DNA of 64,000 nucleotides, taken from Parachlamydiales bacterium (GTDB lineage Bacteria; Chlamydiota; Chlamydiia; Chlamydiales; JAJFMK01). Position numbers and translations under genes: made by a program. Below the pieces are notes generated by a model. It was not told the origin of the DNA and made no database searches. It worked only from the letters and a program-made list of their open reading frames with translations. Location: NCBI GenBank assembly GCA_963704365.1, contig OY969899.1, forward strand, positions 311,741 through 375,740, in the 5' to 3' direction. Positions 46,208 through 54,653 of this stretch are shown here, in pieces (positions within the stretch are counted from its first letter, which is position 1; each line of letters opens with the position of its first letter).

Positions 46208-47196
46208 TAGATCATCTACCCTCGATTGCAGCCTTTAATGTGATGGTCAATAGTTGGCTTGCCTTCTTTACCGTTTCATTGCTCTGTAAGCTGGTTGTTT
46301 TTATCTTCCGTGTGAAGGAACCACGAGTCAAAGCTTTTATTTTTTGCATCCCGGTTCTTAAATTGGTTTTGGACTTGGCTTTATACTACGATCACTCTAA
46401 CTGGGCTTTGTTTCACTCGATTGATCCGAGATTTGCCGAAGACAATTCTCGGAAATTAAGCGTTTATATCGGTTTTTTCCCCTGGCTTATACCAGGGATC
46501 CAATTCTCGATTGGGGATGATAAACTATTCACTGTAGCAGATGTTTTGGCACTTTATTTAGGACCTTTTTGGACTAAAAGCATCGTCACTTTAACCTTTG
46601 GTTGCTCAATTGTTGCCCTTACGAGATGGATTTTAAAGTTAGGTGCGGCTAACTGTGCTGTTAAAGCACTGGTCAACGATTCTATCCCCATAAGCAAGCA
46701 GATAGCCATTTCTGATAGGATTACTTCTCCCTGTGCTGTCGGCCTATTTAAAAGACGTATCCTTTTCCCAAAAAATCTTGTCCGTCAACTTTCGTCTGAA
46801 GAGATGGAAGCCATACTTGTTCACGAAAAGAACCATCTTTTTTGGCATGATTCCCTTGTTCGTCTCCTTTGCCAGGGTTTTACCACTTTCTTTTGGTGGA
46901 TTCCCACTAAGAGATGGCTTGCCTCCATAGAGAACCTTCAGGAATCGGCTTGCGATAAAAAGTGTAAGAATCGGTTGGACTTGGCCGAAGCAATCGTGAA
47001 AGTGGCAAAATTTGAAAAAATGACAACTCAACAGGCCATGATGAGCTGTTTTGTTGCAAATTCTAATATTACAAAAAGGGTTCAGACCCTTTTAAAGAAT
47101 CAAAAGGAACAAGTTAGACCCTTGAAATGGTTGCAAATAGTGCTTGCAGCAATCACTGCTTTTTCACTTTTGCTAGGCCATTTTTGGTTGTTTTGA
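46204..47196 (+). CDS. BlaR1/MecR1-like M56 zinc metalloprotease (signal transducer) without extracellular sensor domain
   Basis: The GTG start overlaps the blaI-like stop. Four N-terminal TM helices are followed by EAILVHEKNHLFWHD (HExxH). The protein ends in one more TM helix, with no penicillin-binding domain. Confidence 0.8.
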   Translation: MIDHLPSIAAFNVMVNSWLAFFTVSLLCKLVVFIFRVKEPRVKAFIFCIPVLKLVLDLALYYDHSNWALFHSIDPRFAEDNSRKLSVYIGFFPWLIPGIQFSIGDDKLFTVADVLALYLGPFWTKSIVTLTFGCSIVALTRWILKLGAANCAVKALVNDSIPISKQIAISDRITSPCAVGLFKRRILFPKNLVRQLSSEEMEAILVHEKNHLFWHDSLVRLLCQGFTTFFWWIPTKRWLASIENLQESACDKKCKNRLDLAEAIVKVAKFEKMTTQQAMMSCFVANSNITKRVQTLLKNQKEQVRPLKWLQIVLAAITAFSLLLGHFWLF

Positions 47197-47213
47197 TTTT
47201 TTTTAATTTTAAA

Positions 47214-47229
47214 TACTACGTGTGTAGTA
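47214..47229 (+). promoter_or_regulatory. BlaI-type operator 2 (TACTACgtgtGTAGTA)
   Basis: Same half-sites and spacing as operator 1. It ends 12 nt before ATG 47242, where operator 1 ends 11 nt before its ATG. It is preceded by AAA, like operator 1. Confidence 0.55.
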
Positions 47230-47241
47230 AAAGAAGGAAAT

Positions 47242-47664
47242 ATGAAGAAAACGATTTTTGCAATGCTGTGCCTAGGGTTAACGACCCTATCAGCCCACCT
47301 TGTCTCTTTGCCTGACTTGAGTCAAGAGATGTTAAACACACTATCTGAAGGGACAATGATCGAATTGCCTCAAGGAACAACTTTACCGATATATATCGGT
47401 ATCAAAGGAGATTATTTTTCCACAAATCAAGTGGATGAAACTCCTTATCAACTTACCATAGAAAAAACTGTCTATATAAAGCTTGAGAAGGATAATTTCC
47501 TTTTTAGCTCAGACTTAACTGAGTGGATACCAATGGAGACCTTTTTCACAGGTTCTTTCGGAGTCGTTTTAGGGGTAGTTGATGGGAAGCAGCAGATCTC
47601 TTTGTTGGGAGAACTGAAAGAAAGGGGGAATCAAACCTTAAATCTGATCTACTCGACTGACTAA
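47242..47664 (+). CDS. hypothetical secreted protein (putative BlaI-regulon target)
   Basis: SD AAGGAA and signal peptide MKKTIFAMLCLGLTTLSAHL. I recognise no family. Confidence 0.6.
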   Translation: MKKTIFAMLCLGLTTLSAHLVSLPDLSQEMLNTLSEGTMIELPQGTTLPIYIGIKGDYFSTNQVDETPYQLTIEKTVYIKLEKDNFLFSSDLTEWIPMETFFTGSFGVVLGVVDGKQQISLLGELKERGNQTLNLIYSTD

Positions 47665-47676
47665 AAAAATAAAAAT

Positions 47677-47699
47677 GGGCAGGCATTTTTTACCTGCCC
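47677..47699. terminator. hairpin terminator between convergent genes
   Basis: GGGCAGG-cattttttac-CCTGCCC, with an A-run upstream. This reads as a T-run on the minus strand, after the Ank gene. Confidence 0.6.
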
Positions 47700-47715
47700 A
47701 AAATGTATTTAGTTA

Positions 47716-48411
47716 TTATTTTTTGGCTCTAGCTGCTTCATCTGCAGCAAATAAAGCGTCGTATACTGGACCAGATTGTTTGCAAAGTTCAGACGCACGT
47801 TTACACACGTCATTGTATTTCAATGGATTAGCACCATTTGCCACTAGAACATCGATCCGTTTGAGGTCATCCTCTTTCGGATCAGTTTTACTTCTTCTTG
47901 CAATGACCATCAGGGCAGTTTCGTCGTCTTTTATGGTTGCATTCGGATCCAACCCAGCTTTGATTAAAGCTGTAAGATTTTCAACAGGGGCATTAACCAG
48001 TTCTTCAACAGGGTTTGCAAATGATTTTTTCTCTGCTTTTGCTTGGACATTTTCAGCTGTTTTGGCTTGAGCCGCAGTGGGTTTGGCTTGAGCCGCAGTG
48101 GGTTTGGCTTTAGCATCAGCTGGTTTGGCTTGGGCGCGTGATGCTAGTATGTTTCTAATCGCTAGTGCTGCGAAAGAGAGGATGGTGATTGTCCCGATTG
48201 TAACAGTAGCAGCGATCGCAGTCGCCTGGACTGGGGTGAACTTTGGGTATTCTGATCCAAACATTTTAGAAAAAGCAGAATTGACAATGGCGGCAATCTG
48301 GTCTCCTGCAATGCGCAAGTTTGTTTTAAAGCCTTGTTGGCTGATGTAATTTTGGTTTGCGAATATGGATGAATAGATCCATGATGAACTTTGACCGATT
48401 AGGTTATTCAT
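47716..48411 (-). CDS. membrane-anchored ankyrin-repeat protein with AKP(T/A)AAQ heptad repeats
   Basis: One long TM segment (ATAIAATVTIGTITILSFAALAI) is followed by the AKPADAKAKPTAAQAKPTAAQAK repeats. Two Ank-like units come next (LTALIKAGLDPNATIKDDETALM; RIDVLVANGANPLKYN). ATG 48411 follows AGGAG. Confidence 0.6.
   Translation of the reverse strand: MNNLIGQSSSWIYSSIFANQNYISQQGFKTNLRIAGDQIAAIVNSAFSKMFGSEYPKFTPVQATAIAATVTIGTITILSFAALAIRNILASRAQAKPADAKAKPTAAQAKPTAAQAKTAENVQAKAEKKSFANPVEELVNAPVENLTALIKAGLDPNATIKDDETALMVIARRSKTDPKEDDLKRIDVLVANGANPLKYNDVCKRASELCKQSGPVYDALFAADEAARAKK
48061..48144. repeat. 21-bp tandem repeat (about 4 units, 2 identical) inside the Ank gene
   Basis: TTTGGCTTGAGCCGCAGTGGG x2, followed by two degenerate units. 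The repeat is in frame (7 aa per unit). Confidence 0.85.
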
Positions 48412-48865
48412 AATTCTCCTGTAAAAATAATACAACCATTTTACATTTTAGTTATTTTTTTGAAAACAAAAACGATCAAATATAAAATTAAATATTTGTA
48501 TTCTGTATGATGTGATTAATTTATAGAGTGACCGATTTTGGTAATCCTTTGATTGTAGCAGGAAGTAAAGAGCTTAAATGCTTATACATCCCTACGTTAA
48601 AAAGAGATCCGCCTAAAAGGGGAAAAAGGAGGCTAATTTTTTCGAAGCCAAAATTGGGACTATCCACTTTTTTTCTGTTATTTATTATATTTTTCTATCA
48701 CTTCTTTTAACTCTTTGGTCAACAATAGTGGAAGATTCGGAAAAGGGGATGTTATACCGGGAATCCTGGGATCGTGGTAAAAAATGGGGAGTATATATTC
48801 AGTGGAGCAAGGGTAACGGCGACCGAAAGAAAGATATCCGAACCGAAAAGGGGAGATGACCCTGA

Positions 48866-49073
48866 CCCATGGCGTTGCCATGGGCTGTTGCAGTTTCAGC
48901 CTTTCAGGCTGCTTGTAACGGTATTTTTGCAAATCGAATTTTTGTTGAAATCACATCATTAAAATCAATCAGAACCTAAAAAAGACACCTTTTCTTAAGT
49001 TAGCGCTTATGTGGTAACGCCCGGGCGTTGCCAGCGGGCTGTTGCAATTTAAGACCTTCGGTCTATTGTTCGG
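48866..49073. other. duplicated ~55-nt structured motif (copies 48866..48921 and 49019..49073); candidate ncRNA or REP-like element
   Basis: Shared core GGCGTTGCCAnnGGGCTGTTGCAnTTT. The hairpin that follows is CAGCC-tttca-GGCTG in copy 1 and AGACC-ttc-GGTCT in copy 2, which changes three base pairs compensatorily. Confidence 0.45.
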
Positions 49074-49168
49074 AGCATTTCATCATGAAGATTCTCTCGC
49101 GATCTCACAGTCTGAAGTAGCTAGTTATGTAACAAGGCCCTTTTAATCTAGCACGAAAGAGAACTTCC

Positions 49169-50617
49169 TTAACTGATAAGGCTTTCATAGACCTTTTCGT
49201 AGGAGAGGGCGGGGAGCCTCCAGCTTGAGTCGTGTTTCATCCCATTTACCTTTAGGGCTTCCCATTTTTTGGGGTTGTGGAACCAGCAGTCGAGAGCCCG
49301 GTCGAGGGCTGAGTCAATTCCTGCTTGGTCGGGGCTGTCGAAACGGTACCCGTTCCGCCTTTCGATGGGCAGTTTGGAATTGTCGATATCTTCGATGGTA
49401 TCGGCAAGGCCCCCCGTTGTTCGGACAATGGGGACAGTGCCATAACGGAGAGCGATGAGCTGGGTGAGGCCGCAGGGTTCGAAAATAGAGGGAACTACCA
49501 TCATGTCAGAGCCTGCGAAAATGAGGTGGGAGAGGGCTTCGTCTGTCCTTAGGAAAAAGAAAACATCGGGATTTTGCGCAAAAGTTTTTTTCATCGTTTC
49601 AAAGCTAGCTTGGATCACCGGATCTGGGCTAGAACCGAGCAGTACAAATTGCCCCCCTTTTTCTGACGTTCTATAGAGAGCCCGTTTGATGAGGTGTAAT
49701 CCTTTTTGAGGGACCAGGCGTGAAATGCAAGAAACAATCGGCTTGTTTCCATTGGCTAAGTGGAGGGCCTCTTTTAAAGCTCGCTTATGCGCCTCTTTTC
49801 CCTTGAGAGGGTAAAGGTAAGGATCGCTTTCAGGATTCCAGGCGTCATGATCGATCCCATTTAATATCCCTTTCAGTTTCTTCTGGTGGTAACGCAAAAG
49901 AGGGTCAAGGCGGCATCCCCCCTCCGGCAATAATATTTCTTGTGCATAAGTTGGGGAGACGGTGGTGAGTGCATCTGCATAGGCGATACCCCCTTTCAGG
50001 AAATTGATGTTTCCTTTTCCATCTGGGTCTTCAAGTTCGTTCCAATGGCGGTATTTTTCACTTGGCAATCCAACCTCATCCAGTCGAGAAGCGGGAGCAA
50101 CTCCCTGATAACTCATGTTGTGGACGGTCAGAACGGTCTTAGTTTTTCCAATGATATCATTTTTATAGACCTCTTTGAGAAGGAGGGGGATCAAAGAGGC
50201 ATGCCAGTCATGGATATGGATGACATCAGGGACAATTTTTTCCCTTTTTAAATACTCTAGAACGGCTCTGGCAAAAAATAGAAACCGTTTGTCATCATCG
50301 TGAAAACCATAAAAACTTCCTCTGGAAAAGAGGCGGTCCGGATGGTTAGGGTCGACGAAATGGACAGGCAGATCTCCAACCAATCCGAAATGGATTTTGG
50401 TTTCATGCCAACTCTTATCATAAAATGAGAGGAAGGGATCGCCCTTTTGCTGGAATTTTGAAGAGGAAGCATCGGCAAAACAGTCGTACTTTGGAATAAA
50501 AAGATCGACTTGATGGCCTTGTTTGATCTGTTCGCGGGAAAGACCGAGAAGGACATCTGCAAGTCCTCCCACTTTGGCGATAGGGGCAAGCTCTGAGGCA
50601 ACGTGAACAATACGCAT
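49169..50617 (-). CDS. glgA: glycogen synthase (ADP-glucose type)
   Basis: MRIVHVASELAPIAKVGGLADV at the N-terminus and VPSIFEPCGLTQLIALRYGTVPIV near the C-terminus. Confidence 0.95.
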   Translation of the reverse strand: MRIVHVASELAPIAKVGGLADVLLGLSREQIKQGHQVDLFIPKYDCFADASSSKFQQKGDPFLSFYDKSWHETKIHFGLVGDLPVHFVDPNHPDRLFSRGSFYGFHDDDKRFLFFARAVLEYLKREKIVPDVIHIHDWHASLIPLLLKEVYKNDIIGKTKTVLTVHNMSYQGVAPASRLDEVGLPSEKYRHWNELEDPDGKGNINFLKGGIAYADALTTVSPTYAQEILLPEGGCRLDPLLRYHQKKLKGILNGIDHDAWNPESDPYLYPLKGKEAHKRALKEALHLANGNKPIVSCISRLVPQKGLHLIKRALYRTSEKGGQFVLLGSSPDPVIQASFETMKKTFAQNPDVFFFLRTDEALSHLIFAGSDMMVVPSIFEPCGLTQLIALRYGTVPIVRTTGGLADTIEDIDNSKLPIERRNGYRFDSPDQAGIDSALDRALDCWFHNPKKWEALKVNGMKHDSSWRLPALSYEKVYESLIS

Positions 50618-50789
50618 AAATCGGCATCCTAAAAGGAAACGTTATTTTTACCAACAATTTCGAACGAAGTTTTTAGATTCATCAAAGAGCATACTAATTC
50701 CGACCTGTTTCCCCCTGTCGTTGTGATGAATTTGAAAGTTTATTGCCTTGCTCTAAATTTAGGGGATCTTTATTATCTTCCTTTATTAC

Positions 50790-50861
50790 TGGGGTATGGC
50801 CAAGCGGTAAGGCAGCGGTTTTTGGTACCGCCATTCGGGGGTTCGAATCCTCCTACCCCAA
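50790..50861 (+). tRNA. tRNA-Gln (anticodon UUG)
   Basis: Manual cloverleaf. Acceptor TGGGGTA/TACCCCA (U1-A72), 3-bp D stem GCC/GGC, anticodon stem GCGGT/ACCGC with loop TTTTGGT, variable loop CATTC, T arm GGGGG-TTCGAAT-CCTCC, discriminator A. No CCA is encoded. Confidence 0.9.
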
Positions 50862-50992
50862 CATAAACCCAACTTGTGTACAAGTTGTTGAATTAATTCC
50901 TTCTCGCTAATCGCTGGTGGTTAGCTTGAATCCAAGAGAAGGTGTCTGTCGATCACTGACACTTTTTTTTGAGAAAAATTTTTGGAGAGACT

Positions 50993-51580
50993 ATGCAACT
51001 CGACGTGAAAAAACGCGAAACTGTGAAAAAGAAAGATCCTAAGCGTCTAAGAAGAGAAGGGAGCATCCCTGCTATTCTTTATGGCCTAGGGAAAGTTGGA
51101 AAGGGTAATGAAGACAAGGGAAATAGCGCTCAGCCTCTTTCGATTGATGCAGCCGCTTTCCAAGCCCATTTGAGGAAGATTCCTTCAGGACGTCTGTCAA
51201 CTGTTGTATTTGATCTCAAAGGTGAAGGTGTCCATACAAAAGCGATTGTAAAAGACATCCAATACCATGTTGTGAGCTACGATGTGCTTCACCTTGACTT
51301 CCAAGCCTTAGAAAAAGGGAAGACAATTTCAGTGAATGTTCCTGTTGTTTTAACAGGCGTTGTTGACTGCGTCGGTGTGAAGCAAGGGGGCCAACTTAAC
51401 CAGCCTTTACGTTACATCAGTCTAAAATGTCCTGCGACAGAGATCCCAGAGATCTTTTCTATCGATGTGAAAGATTTGATGCCAGATCAAGTTGTCAAAG
51501 TAGAAGATTTGAAGGTGGCAGATAATGTCCAAGTTCTAACTCCTGCTGGTGATGTTGTGGTGATTGTGACGAAGAAATAG
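50993..51580 (+). CDS. ctc: 50S ribosomal protein L25 / general stress protein Ctc
   Basis: KRLRREGSIPAILYG and HLDFQ motifs. ATG 50993 follows GGAGAGA. Confidence 0.9.
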   Translation: MQLDVKKRETVKKKDPKRLRREGSIPAILYGLGKVGKGNEDKGNSAQPLSIDAAAFQAHLRKIPSGRLSTVVFDLKGEGVHTKAIVKDIQYHVVSYDVLHLDFQALEKGKTISVNVPVVLTGVVDCVGVKQGGQLNQPLRYISLKCPATEIPEIFSIDVKDLMPDQVVKVEDLKVADNVQVLTPAGDVVVIVTKK

Positions 51581-51581
51581 T

Positions 51582-52169
51582 GTGCTGATCGTCGGTCTTG
51601 GGAATCCTGGTGCTGAGTATGAACATACAAGGCACAATTTAGGCTTTTTGATCGTCGATGCTTTCGCTAAGAAAAAAGGTGTTTTTTTTAAAAGAGACCG
51701 CCTTTTTTCAGGTTCAATAGCAAGAGGAAGTAACTTTCTCTTACTAAAGCCTGAAACCTACATGAATCTCTCCGGAGTTTCTGTAGAACTGCTTCTCCGA
51801 AAGGAGAAGATGACAGTGGAGAACCTTATCGTTGTCCATGATGAAATCGCCGTCGATTTGGGAGATTTCCGACTTAAAGTTGGAGGCTCAAGCGGTGGTC
51901 ACAATGGTGTGCAAAGTTTACTTGAGACTTTAAACACCGGAGATTTCACCCGTTTAAGGGCGGGGATAGGCCCTTTTAAAGGTTCTCTCAGTGGGGAGAC
52001 CTTAAGTGAATTTGTATTATCTCCCTTTGGGGAAAAAGAAAAAGGACTCTTGCCAAGCGTGATCGAGCAAGGGGTTCTCATACTCGAGAAGCTGCAAGAG
52101 CGGCCTCTCAATGAAGTAATGAAAGAACTCCACTCAAAGAAAGTGCAAAAGGCGGAGAATAAGGAGTAA
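51582..52169 (+). CDS. pth: peptidyl-tRNA hydrolase
   Basis: LIVGLGNPGAEYEHTRHNLGF, HDEIAVDLG, GGHNGVQS. GTG start. Confidence 0.9.
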   Translation: MLIVGLGNPGAEYEHTRHNLGFLIVDAFAKKKGVFFKRDRLFSGSIARGSNFLLLKPETYMNLSGVSVELLLRKEKMTVENLIVVHDEIAVDLGDFRLKVGGSSGGHNGVQSLLETLNTGDFTRLRAGIGPFKGSLSGETLSEFVLSPFGEKEKGLLPSVIEQGVLILEKLQERPLNEVMKELHSKKVQKAENKE

Positions 52170-52175
52170 GTGAGG

Positions 52176-52517
52176 ATGACTCAAATTAAAGAGCAACTCT
52201 ATGAAGGGATGTATGTCATTGCTGCAAATTTAAGCGATGAAATGCGTAAAAAGGCCATCGAAAAGATACGTATGGGTATCGAACATGCTGGTGGAGTGAT
52301 CAAAAAAGAGCATGATCTTGGCAAGAAGAAGTTGGCTTATCCAATCAACAGACACAAAGAAGGGTACTATCTTCTTTTTTACTTCACCCTCCCTGCAAAA
52401 GAGATGGGTATGTTGTGGAAAGAGTGGCGTCTAATGGAGGATGTCCTCCGTTTTGTGACATTGAAAGTAGACCAGGTGATGGAAAAAATCGAATTTAAAA
52501 CCCTTGTAGAGCAATAG
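52176..52517 (+). CDS. rpsF: 30S ribosomal protein S6
   Basis: [12 protein letters not shown]...[28 protein letters not shown] 52176 follows AAGGAG...GAGG. Confidence 0.9.
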   Translation: MTQIKEQLYEGMYVIAANLSDEMRKKAIEKIRMGIEHAGGVIKKEHDLGKKKLAYPINRHKEGYYLLFYFTLPAKEMGMLWKEWRLMEDVLRFVTLKVDQVMEKIEFKTLVEQ

Positions 52518-52527
52518 AGAGGAAACT

Positions 52528-52803
52528 ATGTCAAGCCAAAAGAGAGAATTTTATCCTCCAGAAGGATTTGCTCCACCAGATGCGCCAAGAAGCCGTCGGA
52601 AGAAAACATGTCCTTTTACCCAATCGGGCATCGAGAACATTGATTACAAAGATGTAAATACACTACAAAAATTTATCACCGAGCGGGGCAAAATTCTTCC
52701 TCGTCGGATTACAGGTGTCTCACAATCTCATCAGCGTCTTTTAGCTGCTGCGATTAAAAGAGCCCGTTATATTGCCTTGCTACCTTTTGTGGCTGAAGGT
52801 TAA
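52528..52803 (+). CDS. rpsR: 30S ribosomal protein S18
   Basis: [50 protein letters not shown]. Confidence 0.95.
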   Translation: MSSQKREFYPPEGFAPPDAPRSRRKKTCPFTQSGIENIDYKDVNTLQKFITERGKILPRRITGVSQSHQRLLAAAIKRARYIALLPFVAEG

Positions 52804-52817
52804 GGAGGATATTGATC

Positions 52818-53312
52818 ATGGCATACGAACTATTATTGACAGAAGATGTCGATGCTTTGGGCCGCAAAGGACAAATTGTTAAAGCGCGCCCTGGCTATGC
52901 GAGAAATTTTCTTCTCCCTAAAAAGCTTGCTGTTATTGCATCACCTCATGCTTTGAGACTGCAAAAAAAGTTGCAAGAAGAGCGTGAAAAGCAAGCAAAA
53001 ATCGACCGTAAAGATTCGGAAGAGATGGCTGCAAAACTAGCTGCTTCTACTTTCTCTATCATAGTGAAGGTTGACCAGGAAGGGCATATGTATGGCTCAG
53101 TTAACGCTTTGGACATTGTTGATCTTCTCCAAAAAGAAGGTGTTACAATTGAAAAGAAAGCTGTAGCTCTAAAAGCTCCTATCAAGACAATTGGTCTTCA
53201 CCAAGTCAATTTGAAGCTCAAAGAAGGGGTGCTTTGCACTATCCCTCTTACAATTGAGCCAGAAGCTGAGTTTCTGAAAAGAATGCAAGCTCCACCGGCA
53301 CCTCCCGCTTAA
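52818..53312 (+). CDS. rplI: 50S ribosomal protein L9
   Basis: LLLTEDVDALGRKGQIVKARPGYARNFLLPKKLAV. ATG 52818 follows AAGGAGG. Confidence 0.95.
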   Translation: MAYELLLTEDVDALGRKGQIVKARPGYARNFLLPKKLAVIASPHALRLQKKLQEEREKQAKIDRKDSEEMAAKLAASTFSIIVKVDQEGHMYGSVNALDIVDLLQKEGVTIEKKAVALKAPIKTIGLHQVNLKLKEGVLCTIPLTIEPEAEFLKRMQAPPAPPA

Positions 53313-53324
53313 TAATGAATCTAT

Positions 53325-53356
53325 AAACTAAATCGGGTAACAGCCCGGTTTAGTTT
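53325..53356 (+). terminator. terminator hairpin after rplI
   Basis: AAACTAAATCGGG-taaca-GCCCGGTTTAGTTT (one G-T pair). Confidence 0.6.
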
Positions 53357-53459
53357 AACTTCTTACTATCTATCTCGCTAAAGCAAAATCACACTCTTCC
53401 TCTACCAAAAGTTTATCAATCGTGGTAAGCTTACCCCTTAGACGACATCTCGAGGGATC

Positions 53460-53681
53460 ATGAATGATTTTCAAAACGTCACTTGCTCAATGGATCAAGC
53501 GTTGTATTGGATTAAGCAAGATTTGGAAGCCTCAGGATTCGATCGTGTCGTTTTAGATTCCACTAACAACTTTTTTTGCATCGGTGACGGAACGCCAGAT
53601 CCTTTTGATGGATTTAAGATGGTTTGTGCTCAACCCTTTCATAAAAAAAAACCACTCTGGAAGATATATGCCAATCGATGA
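53460..53681 (+). CDS. hypothetical small protein
   Basis: 73-aa ORF upstream of hldD, overlapping its start by 14 nt. There is no recognisable motif and coding status is uncertain. Confidence 0.3.
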   Translation: MNDFQNVTCSMDQALYWIKQDLEASGFDRVVLDSTNNFFCIGDGTPDPFDGFKMVCAQPFHKKKPLWKIYANR

Positions 53682-54651
53682 TCGCATCATCATTGTTACT
53701 GGAGCTGCTGGGTTCATCGGTTCTTGTTTAGTTCGACATCTAAACGAAAAGGGGTTTACCAATCTCGTTTTGGTGGATGATCTTGGAACAAGTGAAAAAT
53801 GGCAGAACCTCGTAAAAAAGCAATATCAAGATATTCATCCTATCTCTGCCTTCCCAGGGTGGCTCCAAGGAAGAGAGAGTGAGGTACAAGCCATCATCCA
53901 TCTGGGTGCCTGTTCCGATACAATGGAGAAAAATGCCTCCTACTTATTGGAAAACAATTATCGATACACTCTTCAGCTGGCAGAGTGGGCTTTAGAAAAT
54001 GATGTGAGATTTATCTACGCTTCGAGTGCAGCAACATATGGCGATGGATCGCTTGGATTTAGTGATCATCATGATTTATTGCCAAGCCTGCGTCCCTTGA
54101 ACATGTATGGGTATTCTAAGCATTTATTTGACCTCTGGGCATTAAGAGAAGGTGTTTTAGATTCTATTGTAGGTCTGAAATATTTTAATGTGTTTGGTCC
54201 AAATGAGTGGCACAAAGGGCATATGGCTTCTGCTATTGTCAAATTTGTAAACACCATTAAAAAAGAGGGAAAACTCACCCTTTTTGCTTCATCTGAACCA
54301 GAAAAGTTCAAAGATGGGGAACAGGTTCGAGATTTTCTTTATGTTAAAGACGCTATTGTAGCTACGGCAGCCTTTTTAGAAGTTCCTGAGGGTGGCATCT
54401 ATAATATTGGAACAGGTAAAACTGAAACTTGGAAATCCCTTGCAAAGGCAACATTTAATGCGCTTGGTGTTCCAGAAAAGATCGAATTCATCCCCATGCC
54501 GCAAGATTTGATTGGTAAATATCAAAATTACACCAAAGCTGAGATGGGAAAGGCAAAAAGTGTGATTGGAAAAGCAGCAGAAACCCGTCCACTTGAAGTT
54601 GCCGTTAAAGATTATGTCGCAGGGCATCTTGTCAACCATACATATTGGTAA
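53668..54651 (+). CDS. hldD: ADP-L-glycero-D-manno-heptose 6-epimerase
   Basis: IIIVTGAAGFIGSCLVRHLNEKG (Rossmann), YASSAATYG and NMYGYSKHLFD (SDR YxxxK), C-terminal GKYQNYTKAEM. Start at ATG 53668. Confidence 0.9.
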   Translation: MPIDDRIIIVTGAAGFIGSCLVRHLNEKGFTNLVLVDDLGTSEKWQNLVKKQYQDIHPISAFPGWLQGRESEVQAIIHLGACSDTMEKNASYLLENNYRYTLQLAEWALENDVRFIYASSAATYGDGSLGFSDHHDLLPSLRPLNMYGYSKHLFDLWALREGVLDSIVGLKYFNVFGPNEWHKGHMASAIVKFVNTIKKEGKLTLFASSEPEKFKDGEQVRDFLYVKDAIVATAAFLEVPEGGIYNIGTGKTETWKSLAKATFNALGVPEKIEFIPMPQDLIGKYQNYTKAEMGKAKSVIGKAAETRPLEVAVKDYVAGHLVNHTYW

Positions 54652-54653
54652 TC

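Noticed and set aside
48528-48962. Small ORFs (60-84 aa) in the 730-bp gap between the Ank gene and glgA
   Set aside because: They have non-ATG or context-less starts and low-complexity or Phe/Leu-rich products. They also overlap the structured repeat motif. I treat the region as non-coding.
48440-49168. Possible tmRNA, RNase P RNA, SRP RNA or 6S RNA
   Set aside because: I could not find the hallmark strings: a tRNA-like GGTTCGAATCC...CCA 3' end, GAGGAAAGTCC, or the SRP GGAA/AGCA tetraloop helix. Only an Infernal scan could settle this.
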